Source: Takakia lepidozioides (Eukaryota; Plantae; Bryophyta). From it: DNA of 64,000 nt. Shown piece by piece: positions 48,678 through 63,000 of the stretch. The stretch covers positions 43,586,001 to 43,650,000 of the forward strand of contig CM060731.1 of the NCBI GenBank assembly GCA_030704615.1, written 5' to 3'. Numbering within the stretch: the stretch's first letter is position 1; every line of letters starts with the position of its first letter. The position numbers and the translations under genes are program-made. Below the pieces are notes generated by a model. That model made no database searches. It was not told where the DNA came from and was given only the letters and a program-made list of their open reading frames with translations.

Positions 48678-50692
48678 ATATATATGCCTTTGCCCGTAGA
48701 GAATTTTGGAGAAAGTGGAGGCAGTTGATAGAATCACAGGCATTCATATCTAGGTATATATACACTCCTGAAATGTGGAGGCTTTGCCCTTCAAGCTAAG
48801 GGCACTTATATGAAACTAGCACGGCAACATATGGTCTACGTAAATATAGGTTTTAATTAGCTTAGGCCTCTAATTTGTAGAGGGAATAAAGTGACCAACA
48901 TGTATCCACGGTGTACATTTCCATCAACACTTAGCTGCGGTAAGAGCTTGAATTCTTTTGGAGATTGGCATTGTAGGATAGAGCTCAATGTCCGTTGTAC
49001 AACCGGACCTAGAGTTTGTTACTAGGTGCTACAATCAGAGACACCTCGGGATTTCCATCGATGTAAGTCTTGAGAAGTTCCAGCTTTGATGTAAATGATC
49101 GGGCGGAAGTTCCTTTATGCGCAACCTATATGCTGATGATCATCTGGCTTTGCTAGCTGATCGGCTCCAAAGATTTTTCAGCATCATTCAAACATGATGG
49201 CATGTACAAAGAAAATTGAAGTGCAGTGAAACAGCATCCTGTGAAGTTCCGTTACAAGCAGAGCCTTGGATTCATGAAGTGGTAACAGTTTACGACAACC
49301 TGCAGCTGCCAACTCTCCTTCAATTATCTGGCTATGATGAGTTACGTAATGGCAATCCTTCCAAAGGCGCCGATGGAAACTCTAAATACTACAGCGCGGA
49401 AGAAAACCTGATATCACCCTGAACTGCACTAAGCAATTCATATGAAGTCTGACAACTCTGTTTCAGGGCTTCAGATTATCCAGATCCAGCGGATATGTTT
49501 CAAGCCATTCGAACTGCTCATTCATAAACTGGTCGAATGTTTCATCCACCTATCACTATACTTCGCAGCGATTGATAGTTATACTTGGTGTTATTCTTAG
49601 TAAGCAAGCCGCCACAAATTTCGGATGTCTGGTGAGATTCTACGAGGGTGACGAGAGTGGAAGAGTTGAGGGATGATAGAGATTGGAAGAGCTTCACTTT
49701 GTGTTAGGGAGGGAATTTTACAGTGGAATGACGAGATCTAGTAGGATGGTTGAGAGAGATTGCAAAATTCAAAGTCACATGAATGGACAGATCCTGAACA
49801 GACACGTGAAGCTTCCGCTTCTCGCAAGCAAGTCTGAGATTGAACTGAAAATGCATCCTCTATCCGTGTGCTAAGAATGCGATTCTTCCTTGTGAAAATG
49901 TATGGGCGCCATCGATTGTAAGCATCAGCAGACGGAGGCCCTTGTTGCAGTATGACCACCACTATGAACCTGATCTCAGACGGTATTTGTCTAACGCATT
50001 TGCGACGGTCTGTATCGATTTCCTTGTCTTGACCACTAGGTTGTACCTGCAGTCTCATCGACGCTATTGTTAACATTAAGAAATGAAATGAAATGTGACT
50101 GTATAACGTCCGCGAAGCTACAGAGCTTATGGGACACGAGAAAGCATATAAAACAAAAAAGAGAGAGGGACTTCCGTGGACAAACAGCCTAAAAACAACT
50201 AGATTGCTGTAGGGATTGTCTAATATGCAACGAGGTGTCAACGCCTCAAAGCAGATATGCCGCTAAGCATTTCTGATCCCCGTAATGGGAGACCTCTGTG
50301 AGAGATTCGCTATCTCGGAATAGATAAAAGAATCTTCCACGGATCTCAGAACAAGAAACAGTCCTCACTCCCAAAGTCGGACTAGGGGGGACTTGTCTTT
50401 TAAGTCTAGATCAATCGAATTGCCACATACACAACATTATACATATGATACACGTTTCAGCTTTTGAGATGGTCTAACTGAGGAGAATCGAAAAGAAACT
50501 TCTGGTCATGGATCCCCACCTTACAGTTTCTTAGATCATCACAGAATTGTAAATTGACAATGTATAAACCCTAAACAGGGTGTGTTGTGTTTTGAGTTGA
50601 ATTTGATGGTTGTATTGTCCTCAAACAATGCTCTTTGTAATTTCTCTGAATTTGATCATGCGTGTCTACTGAAAGTTCTTCAATGATCGTGC

Positions 50693-53600
50693 ATGCAAAA
50701 ATATGAACTCGCTCCTGTATTTTACTTCATAAACGGTTTTCAGACTAGTGATGCAGCTAGTCATGTTGTGCTCAAGTGTGCGTGTGGGGGCTTTGGATGG
50801 GCAGGTGCATCGCATTACTGTGAAAAGGTACAGCTCTATTTTAGCTTTGTTGTGCACAGTTCACTCCTTGAGACACATGAATTAGGATGGTCTTGTGGAC
50901 GTCTGAAAGATACATGACAATGACGGCGTGATGGATGGAGGGGCAGGCAAGATGGGCGTTGGATAGGGCTGGCGTGTCTTACACTGAGACAAAACATGTG
51001 GTGCTATTGCACATGCTGTTTACTAGGTATGTAATTTCCTCAATCTTAGTTTGCTCCCGAGGCTTTCATGGCCGTGTGGAAGTCAAGTTGGTTTTCATCT
51101 TCACACATTTCCTCTGTCCCGTGCACTATTGGTAGCCAATTTATACAAATTTCGTATTGATTTGACCGACAGATCATCCCAAGGTCAGTGGAGTTCGTAT
51201 GCTGATCTGACTACTAGCATCCACGCTCGCCACAATTATTCTGTCCACAATAAGAAGATTGATACAAGAATGGACTTCCACATTGTAAAACTGATATATA
51301 GAATTTGTCTAGCGGGGAACGTAATTGTCTAGTTTGGCGGTCCAAGATCCAACTGCCTCTGCCACAATTCAGAAAACATACAAGCTTGGAACATCTCAAC
51401 GGTCTTTGGGATTTGAAATGTATCAAATGCCAATCATGAAGAACACATAATGGTGCCTGTGCACCCTTGGAAAAGATGAGACAGTGCTGACCACCAGAGT
51501 AGCTTCTATGAAAATTACGGGGTGCATTACTGGTCAACACTCCCCTTGCAACAGCGTGGTTTAAAGTCCGAATCTGTCACCAAGTCATCGCCCTTCTGCC
51601 TGCCGCTTCCTCCGAGTTTTCGTCTGATAGCTCTCGAACACATTCTGCACTTCGTACATGCCATTTTGCTGCTGTCAACATCACTGATGACTGCAATCCC
51701 GGATAATGATTTAATAGTAGCTTCATCCATTTGCTAGAGTAAACACTGTATCACTAAATGGTGAATTTTGTGTGTGTAGGGGACTGGGAACAGGAACCAG
51801 TTGCCCCAAGCTTGTGATGGGGAGGCGGTCTGAGAGAGTGGTGCTCCAGGAGTCACCCGACATATTGAGATTCGCCGACAAAAACGTCCGGAACGAAGAG
51901 GATCGCCTATATCCGGACGATCCAGAGATGCATAAGCTTGTCCAGTCTTGGGGTGCGTGGAGTTCTCATGTCAATACCCACCTTGATTGTAAGCTTAGCA
52001 CGATCTTTTCTTATGAAGAATCCTCATCTTGTATTCAAGCCTTGGTATCATCAGACGCGCTCTAGTCATACAACATTAATCCTCATCATAGATGAGAATA
52101 TGATAATCCAAGTAGCTTGCACATAATGTTTGGTCGGAAAGCCCACGTACATGCGAACGTTGTAAAACAACCCTTAAAGCTTGCTTGAAGCAGAGTGCAG
52201 ATCGACGATTGCATTCTTAGCGTGTCACCAACCTAACGCATGCGGTTCTCCATGATTGTGATGATGGTTGGGATTGTGGACTTGGGCTTGGGTAATACAT
52301 AGATCCATCCCAGATCCTACAGGCAGGAACTAAGGCACATTCTAACCTATCGTATATTCGAAAACGATGATTGGAAGTAAGATCGCGGTTGTGCACCATT
52401 GCGTTTGCTTGTTGTCTCGTTTCTTTGTGTTTTTAAGCTTTAATTTACTTTCTGCGCAACAACTAGTTCACTAACAACAGATATCACAGAGCGCAAGAGC
52501 GCTGCAAGAGCACCATCAGCAGATGGGAGATAGCTGGGAGGGTGAAGAACGGAAAAAAGAAGGGATATTTACAACGTTCAGTACAGAAAACCCAATTCCA
52601 GGATCAAAGGACCACATTGAGTTCAACTGATAGTGTGGGGCTGGCAGAGTCCAGATTTGACAAGCAGCTGGGTCCACATGTGCGACGGTGGGCGTACTGT
52701 CACCTTCTCTTTGACGGAAACAGCTACCATTTGTTGACTCAAGGTATATTTGCATGTTGTAGTGCAACTAGATCTGATTCACAGATCAGGCTGCTGATCT
52801 CCGATCACAGCATGTTTTTAGCTGTCGAGTGATACATATGTGCAACTTGTACCTCATGCTCACTAAGATCCTATTCACTACAGCATGAATATCCAACTGC
52901 ATACTACCTGCCATAATTAAGACTAGAAGAAGGGCAATTATCAAGATATGTTGGCCACAACAGTGGAATAACACGGGGAGAAAGTCACATGGCTGTTGTT
53001 GGACTAGCAGGAGCACCACTCTTGGAAAGGATGGTTGCATGGTTTCTCATGCCTTTCTTGCGACGAATTGTGTATAGCGCCTTGTACTGCAATAAGCCTG
53101 GAGCCAAGGAACGGTCCCTCCAAGTTGTAGAAGCGATTTTCAGGGAGGTAAATATCTTCGCATTGCACTTCGGTGATATCGTGGAAAGATCTGTTTTCTT
53201 TGCGATTTGTTGGGAAGAGTGGTTGATAGAACTGAAAAATTGCAGCGGGCTGGTTTGCGAGTCTCTTCGATTTTCTTGGATTTTGACGTAGGATTGGGCA
53301 GGTGGATGGGTTGCTGGCAGATGGCAGACCATTCATATGTGGACGGAGATTCACAGCTGCTGATGTCACCTTTGCTGCTCTTGGTGGTCCCATGGTCGGT
53401 CCTTCAGGGTATCCTATTTCCTTTCACTTTTCCTCTATCTTAAGCTCCCATAGGTTCCCTCTCTCCGTGACACAATCAACGTGGTGGATTCCCTCTGTTT
53501 TAGTTCGTTCTCAGACTAACAATATTACTAAATTTTCTTTTCTTCTCTCTATCCTCTCTCTCTCTCTCTCGCTCTCTCTCGGACAACGACCCAGATGAAT

Positions 53601-54678
53601 CTTGATGAGAAAGCCTATTGACGTAGCACGTCCCCAAAGCCTAGAAAAGTTTGTCGTCTCAGGTGAAGTATGTCAACCATCTAATGGGGGGTGGTGATTA
53701 TTGTTCCACTCTCTCAAGCGCACTGAAAAACATTTTCTGATTTCTGGTGCGTTCCATTCCCTGAATGGAGTCCTTTGACGTGGATTTCATGCCTATACAC
53801 CAGAGAGGTTGTTCCAACAATCTCCATGTTCATCCTTTCCAAGATGGTTGCGTGAGGTGGTCATCTAGTTTCGCCTTCCTGAAGAGTTGTAGAAGCAATG
53901 CCTTTCCAGTTGTTCACCTCTCTGCCCAACAGACCGTTCTTCATTGGAATCTAAACTATGAGTCTTAATCTGGTTGGCTAGCTATTTCTTCCACGTGCTT
54001 GCCCACAATATATTTGTCATGAACACATAAAAAAATGCATATTAGGTTCATGCTGAGCTTTCGTCTTTGCGGTCAATGGCTGGATGGATAGATATGGAGC
54101 ATGGTTACCTTCTCCAGAGGAATGCCCTCCAGAAATGGGCATGACCATGCAACACCTTAGAAAAACTGCTGCTGGCAGAGTGAGTCATCTTTTTTGCTTC
54201 TCTGACCTAGTTCACGACTGTTTACTTTGGAGTGATCGACAAGTTCATTATTCTCTTTATCTACATGTACAGAAATACTACCTCTGCCTACATTGCCTAA
54301 GCCATTCCACCTGTCCTTCATTTCATGCCTAGGGTTGTTGGGTGAATGTATCTGAAAGGATTTTCGAGGATTTAACTGGTATAAACTCGTAGGCATAGTT
54401 CCTCAACTACCAGAAACCCTCCTCCACCAAGATATGCATCTCCTCGCACTCCAGCAGTTTACAAATGTTATGTAACAGTCTAAGTCTATGACAAACCAAT
54501 TTGTCTCACAGTGAATCACCTCTTGTAAACTTCTATCACATACTACAAACTGTAGCTTTGCACGTTTTGTGATCTGCCACACTCACAAACTGTGAATTCA
54601 TGTTGTGCGATGCAGCATATCATGAAGATTTACGAGACGAAGAGGTACAAGCCAGGACAAAGACGATCAATTCCCTGA
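50693..54678 (+). CDS. Glutathione S-transferase-fold protein of bacterial type (about 8-9 exons; N-terminus uncertain)
   Basis: Spliced reading SHYCEK|ARWALDRAGVSY...|GTSCPKL...LQESPDIL...|FDKQLGPHVRRWAY...|VDGLLADGRPFICGRRFTAADVTFAAL...|LRKTAAGR|HIMKIYETKR. Has cis-Pro, ES and N-capping TAAD motifs. Confidence 0.8.
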
Positions 54679-55024
54679 AAACTTGAACGTTCTAGTCTTT
54701 TGCTACCATGCTCAGATTTAACTCAAATGTTAAGGATCTCACGATTTTGTGATTTCAGTTTTTGATTCAATCTACAGGCAGGTATTGCAGATAGTTTGAT
54801 AGAGTGCTCAACACACACATGAACCGCTTTGTTTCAAAGCCTTCCTCTTCTCAACTACCAACAGGTTTCAGTATGAACTACCACCTGTCTGTCTGCTCGA
54901 CCCGACAACTTCCTCCTTCCTTGCACCCAGCCCTTCAAGGATCCACCATCACTACAGAAAGGCATCTTCAAAGCAATAAAAAGGACATCTTAAAATGCAT
55001 AATTTGCTTGCCGAAACACGCCGC

Positions 55025-55105
55025 AGAGACGAGCCCACAGGGGATTGAACCCCGGACCCGCGGGCATAGTGCAGACAACGTGGCGACAGTTGACCACGCG
55101 GCGAA
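55025..55105 (-). mobile_element. tRNA-like head (A/B boxes) of a probable SINE remnant
   Basis: The minus strand reads gccgcgtggtcaactg...ccggggttcaatccc. No canonical cloverleaf. Confidence 0.35.
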
Positions 55106-56244
55106 TTTGGCGAGGCTCGCTCGTTCTTGTGCGATGTTCCACCACTTCCCTTCTGAACTGCGCTTCTTGCAACGCGTGGCAGTCGGGCATTGCGCCGGAC
55201 CCACTACCCGTATCATTTCCAGGTCCGGGGGATCGCACAAGCAGGGGTCCTGTTCACATTGACCCCTCGGTTATTCTCGCTCCGTGGATGGATAAAACGT
55301 GCGGCCAGGACTGGATTCGTCGATAGGATTTGTTCATCCAGAATTGATTGTCGCGCAGGGCTCCACACGCTTTCGCCGGCAACTCAACGGCGCCGCTATG
55401 ACGTCGCGGTGGGCGTTAAGTTACCGGCACCGGCTCCCACCCTCTCTTTCCCTCTCATCTTTCAAACTTGTGGACCCGGCGGCTCTGTTCGTTCTTTAAA
55501 TATAAAAATATAGATTTTAAAATAATTTAAGAAGGGACCAGTGCGATGATACTAGCATCATCTTTCAGAATCAATATCTACATCCTCCCTGGAATCTCCT
55601 AAAATCGCATAAATTATATTCCAGGTCACCGAAGGCATTCAGGATATTCTGGAATCTATTGTGATTGTACTATATTAAGTTTACTTGTAGCAGGTTTTCC
55701 AAAGTTTCCAAAGTTTCTCCCGATTCGTTGATTACTTAAGGGAGTAAGGAGATTCTAACGATAAGAGTTTATTCTAAAACGATTTCAATGCCAAGCGGTT
55801 TGATGTCAAGGGAATCAACCATTCATAGGCGATAATGCACCCATCATTGTACCAACAGCATCGTGCACATGAATGGTGACGATGATGATGGCATGGTGAA
55901 TGTTAAAGTCGTGGTCCCTGGATGCTCCTTTTATACTAATAAGGATCTTGGTCGATGCTACCCCACATTTTCCTACACAACACAACCAAGTTGTAGCCAC
56001 ATACCACCTCTTCAGTGGTTGTGGGTTCAATCCACCGGTTGGTGTCACAAAGGTGTACAGAGGAGCCCTTCGGGGTCAGGAGACACCATAATTTGCACAT
56101 CCTTTAGGCGGCGTAATATATCTATATATATATTCTACACAACTTGTGTGTACCGTACTCATGTACGGCTAAACAACAACAACAATTTGGACTGCGCAAA
56201 GGTCCATGGTATGATATCTCAACGATAATCATCAAACACCACGG

Positions 56245-56550
56245 CCCAATGGTGGACTATGTGCGGCGGCCAGAGAAAGCATTGGGGAGGCCGCTAAATT
56301 ACGTTCATTTTTGGACCCCTCATACACCCTGACCCATGGTGGACTATGTACAGCGAGCGTCCAGAGAAAGCAAGGCAGATAACTATACACATTTTTGGAC
56401 CCCTCATACACCCATGAGGACTATGTACGACGTCTAGAGAAAACGAGGCCGATAACTATATACATTTTTGGACCCCTCATACACCGTGACCCATAGTGGA
56501 CTATGTACGGCGGCAAGAGAAAGCACTCGGTAGGCGGCCAATTATATACG
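56245..56550. repeat. Degenerate tandem array, about 4 units of 75-90 bp
   Basis: Recurring ggactatgt...agagaaa...catttttggacccctcatacacc. Confidence 0.85.
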
Positions 56551-56647
56551 GTTTGGGCAGCTCGTTCACCACGGGCCATAGTGGACAATCAGTGTGTGGG
56601 TGGCGGCGGAGAATTGTCAATACTATTATAGACAAGTTGGGAGGGGG

Positions 56648-56910
56648 CGGCGTTTTTTTTCTGAAATTTGGAAAAAAGCGTGAAATAGCCATACATCATG
56701 TTTATCCATTGAAATTAGGACAGAATCATCCTCATCCGTACTTTTATCCATTTATATCATCCATTTTTTGCAAATCCATCCATAATTTATTTTTTATTTG
56801 GAGAAGTTTGACGATTTCATCCATGAAAAACAGGGGAATTTTCGACAGAATATTCTATTCTATTTTTTGAGTTCGAAATTTGGCGAAAATTCGAGCAAAG
56901 AAAACGCAGT
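56648..56910. mobile_element. Probable MITE
   Basis: Imperfect terminal inverted repeats gcgttttttttctgaaattt / aaaattcgagcaaagaaaacgc around an AT-rich interior with repeated atcca. Confidence 0.4.
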
Positions 56911-58324
56911 GGGGCCGCTCCGGAACTGAAATATGCCATCTACTACTTCCTCTGGACGGTCCGAGGATAGCGGATGAACGGAACGGCATGAATGATAAAA
57001 GCAGGCAACAGGCTTCAGCTTTTGCCGCGTTAGTGACTCACCGACTTATCCACTCCCAGTAGAGGTACAGCCAAGTTTCGTTGTTGGCTCCCTCGGATGA
57101 CTTCTGTGGCGCATGCCCGGGTCACGATGGATGATCTGGCGTTGAGGATGAAAGGCATGCCAAGCAGCGGATGAATGGAATTGGCGAAACGCTGGCGAAA
57201 CCTAAACATGTGAGAACCGATGAGCCAACCAATGCAACCATGTGATTTAAAGCGTGGAGCACTGACATATCTTAGCTGTTGACTATCAAATCTAAATGCC
57301 CAATAAAGAACGCGGCCACTAATGCAGTGGATAAGTTTCTCTACATACCCCAACATTAAATAACATTCTTTGAATCTGCCATCCCTAGTATTTCCTGGAA
57401 ATTATTTATTTCTGGGGTCAGCATAGGACCACCTCCATTCGGTACGCCTCCTGCAAAGTGGCTAAACCAAAACAGTTTCGCCACAATACGATATTGTACG
57501 GCCGCGTGCCGCGTCGCTTTGACCGCCACGTGCCGGCCACCGGCCCAGGGCAACTGGTTGCAGATGGTTTTATGATTTCGGTTTCCCTCGCAAATATGTA
57601 ATGGCGGGTCGCTGGTCGGGAGTAAATGGATGGGAAATAGGCAAGCGTGACGGTGGTGGGCATGATAGACCCTCCTGCCATTATATATTAAACATTACCT
57701 ATCTCGTCGAGGCCATGTTTGTTCCCCTCCATGTTCTACTTGGAATTTTACATGTCCCATGACGAGAACACGCCCGGGCAGTCATAGCTGCTGTGGATGG
57801 AATCATTCCGCAAGTCGAATATGTGACGGATGTGGATGAGAAATGATTGGAGAAGGATGAAGAAGGAGAAAGATGCATGCGGTAAAATTGGAGCGTTGGG
57901 GTTTGAACTTACGACCTGTGCGGGCAGCGTGCCCTAATTGCTAACGACTATTGGTCTGCATCCACCACGGTCGCCCGGTCAGTGCGGACCGGCAGTTCCG
58001 GTTCCTCGGGAGTCTCATGGATGACCTCCCACATTCGTTCCTGTTTCAGCGGTGGTCAAACCGCGTCGTGAGTAATGGGAGTGTAGTTCTCATCCATCCC
58101 GATGCTTTTGGTTTGCAGTGCGGGGACTACATTGAAATCATAGTTCGTATTCCCCGTTTCCGGTTCTCATCCATCCATTAGCTAAGCGGAGGTGTGCATT
58201 GACGGACGATATTCGGTTTCGGTTCATCTAAAGAGCCGTGGACGTCAGTGAAATGGATGAACAGAGTGTTTGAACATGTTAGGGTTGGTAACTGGACGGG
58301 CATCGTGGAACAGTGCCAGGCACG

Positions 58325-58357
<33 letters not shown>

Positions 58358-60057
58358 GGAGGTCTGAGGAAGGGGGAGCCGGGAGGGTGGAATGCAATGC
58401 AGGCATGCTCATTAGTGCGGGAGCGAGTAAGCTAAAATAAGAGGGAGAGAAGGAGGGAGCGGGAGATAGAGACATACTTAGTATGGAGATGAGAGCGATG
58501 TGACTGGTGAACAAAGGCTGGTCGCAAAGTTTTGACCATAAGGTGAAATCTGGCTTCAAAGAACGCAGTCAAGGGCAGACGCGCGCTGATCGAAACCTAG
58601 TAATTTGTATTTGCAACATCAGATCCACTGCCGATTGTGTGAGGGGCGGTGGTTAAATTTTGGTGTGAGAGGAGGCTGTTCTTCTGAAAGTTGCTAGTCT
58701 TCTGAAGAGCGCAGACAGTTCCTCGCTCATCTGTGAAGAGTCGAAGTCCTACCTAGGGATTCATTTTTTTCCTTTTCTCCTTCCTACTCTCTATACTCGA
58801 GGTTTTTGCAAGATTGTTTCATTTCCAATTTGGAGTTCTTTCTTCTCCCGGCATCATCCCGACTGTTTGCTGGAGTTAGCTCTAGCGTCATGGCCCTCAA
58901 CCCTGCTGTATGTCCACAATTGCAACTGAGAAGTGAAGCAAGTTGAGGCATCGAGCTGTAGGTTTGGAAGGCAATCTCTGGACGTCTGCCCGCCATGTAA
59001 CCAAACGCACCAACATGTACAGTTTGCCACTCTTACTTGTGCCTTCCAATTAGTTTACCATTCTTCGTGGTTCCTGCAGTATGTCCCTGGAGTACGTGCA
59101 TTTGCATCGATTCTGTATAAGTAGTTGGCACAATCAAGGATCAAATTAAATGTATAGTCTTCTATCGGTGGAGGCATCTCTCACAATAACTTCCCATAAT
59201 TCATCTCATATCCTCTAACCGTCTTTGCACCACAGTCAGGATTTCCTTTGAATGGTAGGCAATTCCCCACCCCCATTATCTGGTCGAATGCGTTAGACAC
59301 GACTACTTTGCCCTGACATAAGGAGTCCATTCTTTCTGTCAAAGCATACAATCAGAATAGTGATTCTTACATCATCTTCTGGAGTTTGGAAACTGGCGAA
59401 CATCCCTGGTTGACATCCCAGGGTTGCTTGGGAAGTATTCAGACACACACGCAGGAGCATTGGCCAACTTTGACCATCAATAAGAACCTAGTACCAAATG
59501 CGCCTGTAGAGGTGGTGCAGATTGCATGATAGTGGTTCCTGGTGCCCTTCCTTTTGGCACCATAAGAATGGGCCCCGCACTTCAGCACTGAGAGTCAGGT
59601 TCAGAGAGGGAGACTTGATAACGCCTCATTCTGCTTTAGTTGTTAGTTCGCCTCAGTTATCTTTGATGGGTGTCAGGGTAGTTCGCCTGAGATAGTTTAG
59701 GAGCAAGTCAATCTAAGTAGGAGAGAAATTGGGGAGGTCCCCAAAACTTCACAATGCGGCATCCATGTCATGGAAGTTTTTGACAGCAACGATTAGGGCT
59801 GTTGGATCGATAAGTGAACCATATATCCTTTGGACAGCGTTGAGACTCTGATGCAAATATGATTCTCCTTGGATGGAGGTTGACACATCTGTTGACATGC
59901 ACTGAAGGCGGACCCATTTGTTGAGGCGAAGTCATGGGAATTGCATCTGTCAATAGCGGATCATAGTAGCAACAGCAATCAAGGGTTTCCGGGCGTCAGC
60001 AGGGGAGGAAGCGTCCAGGGAGTCTGTCTCTGGATTGAAGCTTGGTGGGTTGTTCAT

Positions 60058-63000
60058 ATGGGACCGTTCGGCAGGGCAGCTGTTGGGTTGATTGTGAGCA
60101 AAGATGTGGCTAATAAGAAGAAGGATGGTGTTGGCAAAGAGGGAAATAAAAGCAGGAAGGGGATTGAGGATGGTATTAAAGCCAGGAAGGGGGTAGAGGA
60201 CACTGGTTTTTCCTGTCTCAAGAAGGATGCGTCAGAGAGGCGAAACTCCTCTAGGTTGCTAAGTTGGAGCAGGGATGACTGCCCAGGAGAGGCAGTGGCC
60301 AAAGAAAGCAAAGTGAAACCACGTCGGAATTCGGTACCTGGTAAGGTCGAGAATGTTGCAGTTATAAAAATGGAGTCCAGTCCCTTTTTAGATGGGGATT
60401 TTGGCTTGGCCTCCTCAAGTCTTGCGAGTTCTTTGGGTCTCAATAGGATCAAAACACGATCAGGGCCGCTGTATTCTGCTAGCACGCGATCGGGCCCTTT
60501 GTTCACTGGAACCCTTCAGAGCAGGTTTGATGCAGGGAAAGGTGGCAAGAGAGAGGAGAAAACTGCTCTGAATGGTTCAGTAGAACCATCGTCAAGGTCT
60601 ATGTCTGGTGTGCGGAAAGCCAGCAAAGTGCACGCCCGCGACTCGGTCTCTCCAAAAGACTCCGCTATGGCCGAGGCTAGGCATGATGGTGAAGGAAGAG
60701 CTGCTATGGAGTCTGATTTGTCGGATCTGTGTGCAAGCAGAAACACGGATGGATGCCTTGGGTCCCCCTTTGTTGGCATCCCAAAAATGAATGTGGAGAA
60801 TGGGGAACAAGGGAGTAAAGGTGTAAGTGGAAGCCTCTCAGGGTCTTGTGTCATTGTTGAAGATATCATGTCTCCAAGTGGAAGCGACCGAAAAGAGATA
60901 AGTGGTCGAGCTTCGCAAGTGGATGACCTTTCCAATAGCAGCTGGGTTGATGTTGATAGCAATTTTGATTGTACCTCAACTGGAGGCCAATCTATGGGTG
61001 GCAGTCCTGTGGTGTTTGCACACTCAATTAGCCTGCCGGTCTGTATTGTAACTCCACAAGCAGGTGAGAAAACATGATTCCCCAATCACACACATGCACA
61101 AGTCATGTTGACGATGTGGTTGCTGGTGTCTGGTTATCTCCTGTCCGTGTTTCTTTCACTAGCTTCTGTCGTAAAGCTGATCATATTTCCAAACACTGAA
61201 GATGAGGGGATGTTATTATAAGTTTTGGTTCCATTTTACTAGATGTGTGAGTTGCGGTGTTTTCAATATCGAGGGGGCTTACCTTTGACTGCTTTGGATT
61301 CTGTGGTCCTGGAATTTTGGTTGTCCACATTGCTCCTTATATTTCGAAGTCATTTTTGCCTGTGGCACGTGCTGGAAGATTGATGATGCTTCTGTTGTTT
61401 GACTGTTAAATCAGGTGCCTCAATGGACCCAAATAGTTTGCGGTGGCGCCCTAATGATGGTGATTTTGAGTGTAGCAGGAGTTCTGATGCAGCAATGCAG
61501 GAGAACGAGGTATATTATCTTGGGTTGAGGGGGATGATGTTGCAGACATATCATAGCAACAGTTGAAGAAATGATTAATGTAGACAACTCATGGTCTATC
61601 TTCATGGTGACTAGAAATAGCATTTGTTGAGGAGGGTTGGGGATTGCCAATCACAGTAGGGATAGTTGTCATTGAAAGGAAGGTTGTATTGACCCCTTCT
61701 TTTTCTGTAAGAAATTATCTTCTTCAGCTGTATAACGGAGATCTTGACAAGTGGGATTTTGTTTGACAGAGTCCATCAAGTCCGTTGGATGTTCCAAAGG
61801 AGACAGAGTCACCTCGATTCCAAGCTCTGTTACGAATGACTGGGGGTCCGCGCAAATCAAAACTGCCAAATGACATCAAGAGCTTTTCTCACGAGTTGGA
61901 TCCAAGGGGTGTTAGGACTCATGATTTTTTGCGGCCCCATAGCTTCAATGACTTGGAGGTATGTTCCTTAGGTCATGCTTTTGGAGCAATTTTACCCAGA
62001 CTTGAGCCCAGACTTGACATTTGTTGTCAAAAGGCTTATTTTGCCGAGTCTGAGGAGCAAGAGAGTCCAAAATTGGATAGATGTCTGTTTCAGAATTGTG
62101 TTATTTGAGCTTACCCAAGCTTGAATCACATACATGTTAAGTCTCAGTGTGCAGTGAATATCACATGGACTTCATGTTGGCTTACAGAGACTGGAAGTAC
62201 AGTGATCAAGAGATCCGTTGAAATAAAGTCCTAGTTTGTAAGGTGGGGGGGAGGTTGAGCTTGTAGTTACATCCAGTAAGTCTTGTTCAGAAGTTGAATA
62301 TACCTGATACCTCCACTCCTATGGGAGCACTAGAAATGGAAGGGAAGTGTGGTGGGACAGCATACGGGGAACATCTGGCAGTGGTTGCTGGACAAAATGG
62401 TCTTGCTGCCAGTATCACATATGGAGCAGGTTGGAGAGAGAAGAAGAGAGGTGGCAAGGTAGAGCTGATGAATTGTTGTTGATTGTTGTTCAGGAGGTTC
62501 TGGAAGCCCTGCGAGCACGGTTTAATACTGCGAAGGAAGAAGTCAATTCCGAGCTTGCTGTATTTGCCGGGGATTTGATCGAGATTCTTGAAAAAAACTC
62601 GGATGAGGCCCCTGATTGGCAAGAGAGGACAGAAGATCTACTGGTGTTGGCCCGTGAATGTGCACTCATGGGTCCCCAGGAGTTCCGAAAGCGATGTGAA
62701 GGTATTGTCCAAGAACTAGATGACAAACGACAAGAGCTTCCCATGGGAGTGCTCAAGCAGTTGCACACACGGATGCTTTTCATCCTCACGCGCTGCACAC
62801 GGCTGCTGCAGTTTCAGAAAGAGAATGGCTTAGATGAGGATGGGCCCCTTCACAGGCTCCACCAGCGTGCAAAAGTGGGTCCCCAGTTTGAGAGGCATTC
62901 CAACTCTCTGGCCAACCAAAAAGGGAAATCAGTGGTGGAGATCGAGCCTGTGAAGGAAAGGAAATCCAGCTCGCCACCCCATGTTCATTCCGAGGATGCA

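Noticed and set aside
48900-50600. Short ORFs between CHLH and the GST-like gene
   Set aside because: No recognisable motifs or splice-consistent model.
56245-56550. CRISPR-like repeat array
   Set aside because: Eukaryotic context, homologous linkers, and no cas genes.
57885-57965. tRNA-like B box on the minus strand
   Set aside because: No convincing A box, tail or TSD.
60054-61085. Long antisense ORFs over the IRE-like exon (and similarly over CHLH and the retroelement ORFs)
   Set aside because: Shadow frames of genuine coding sequence.
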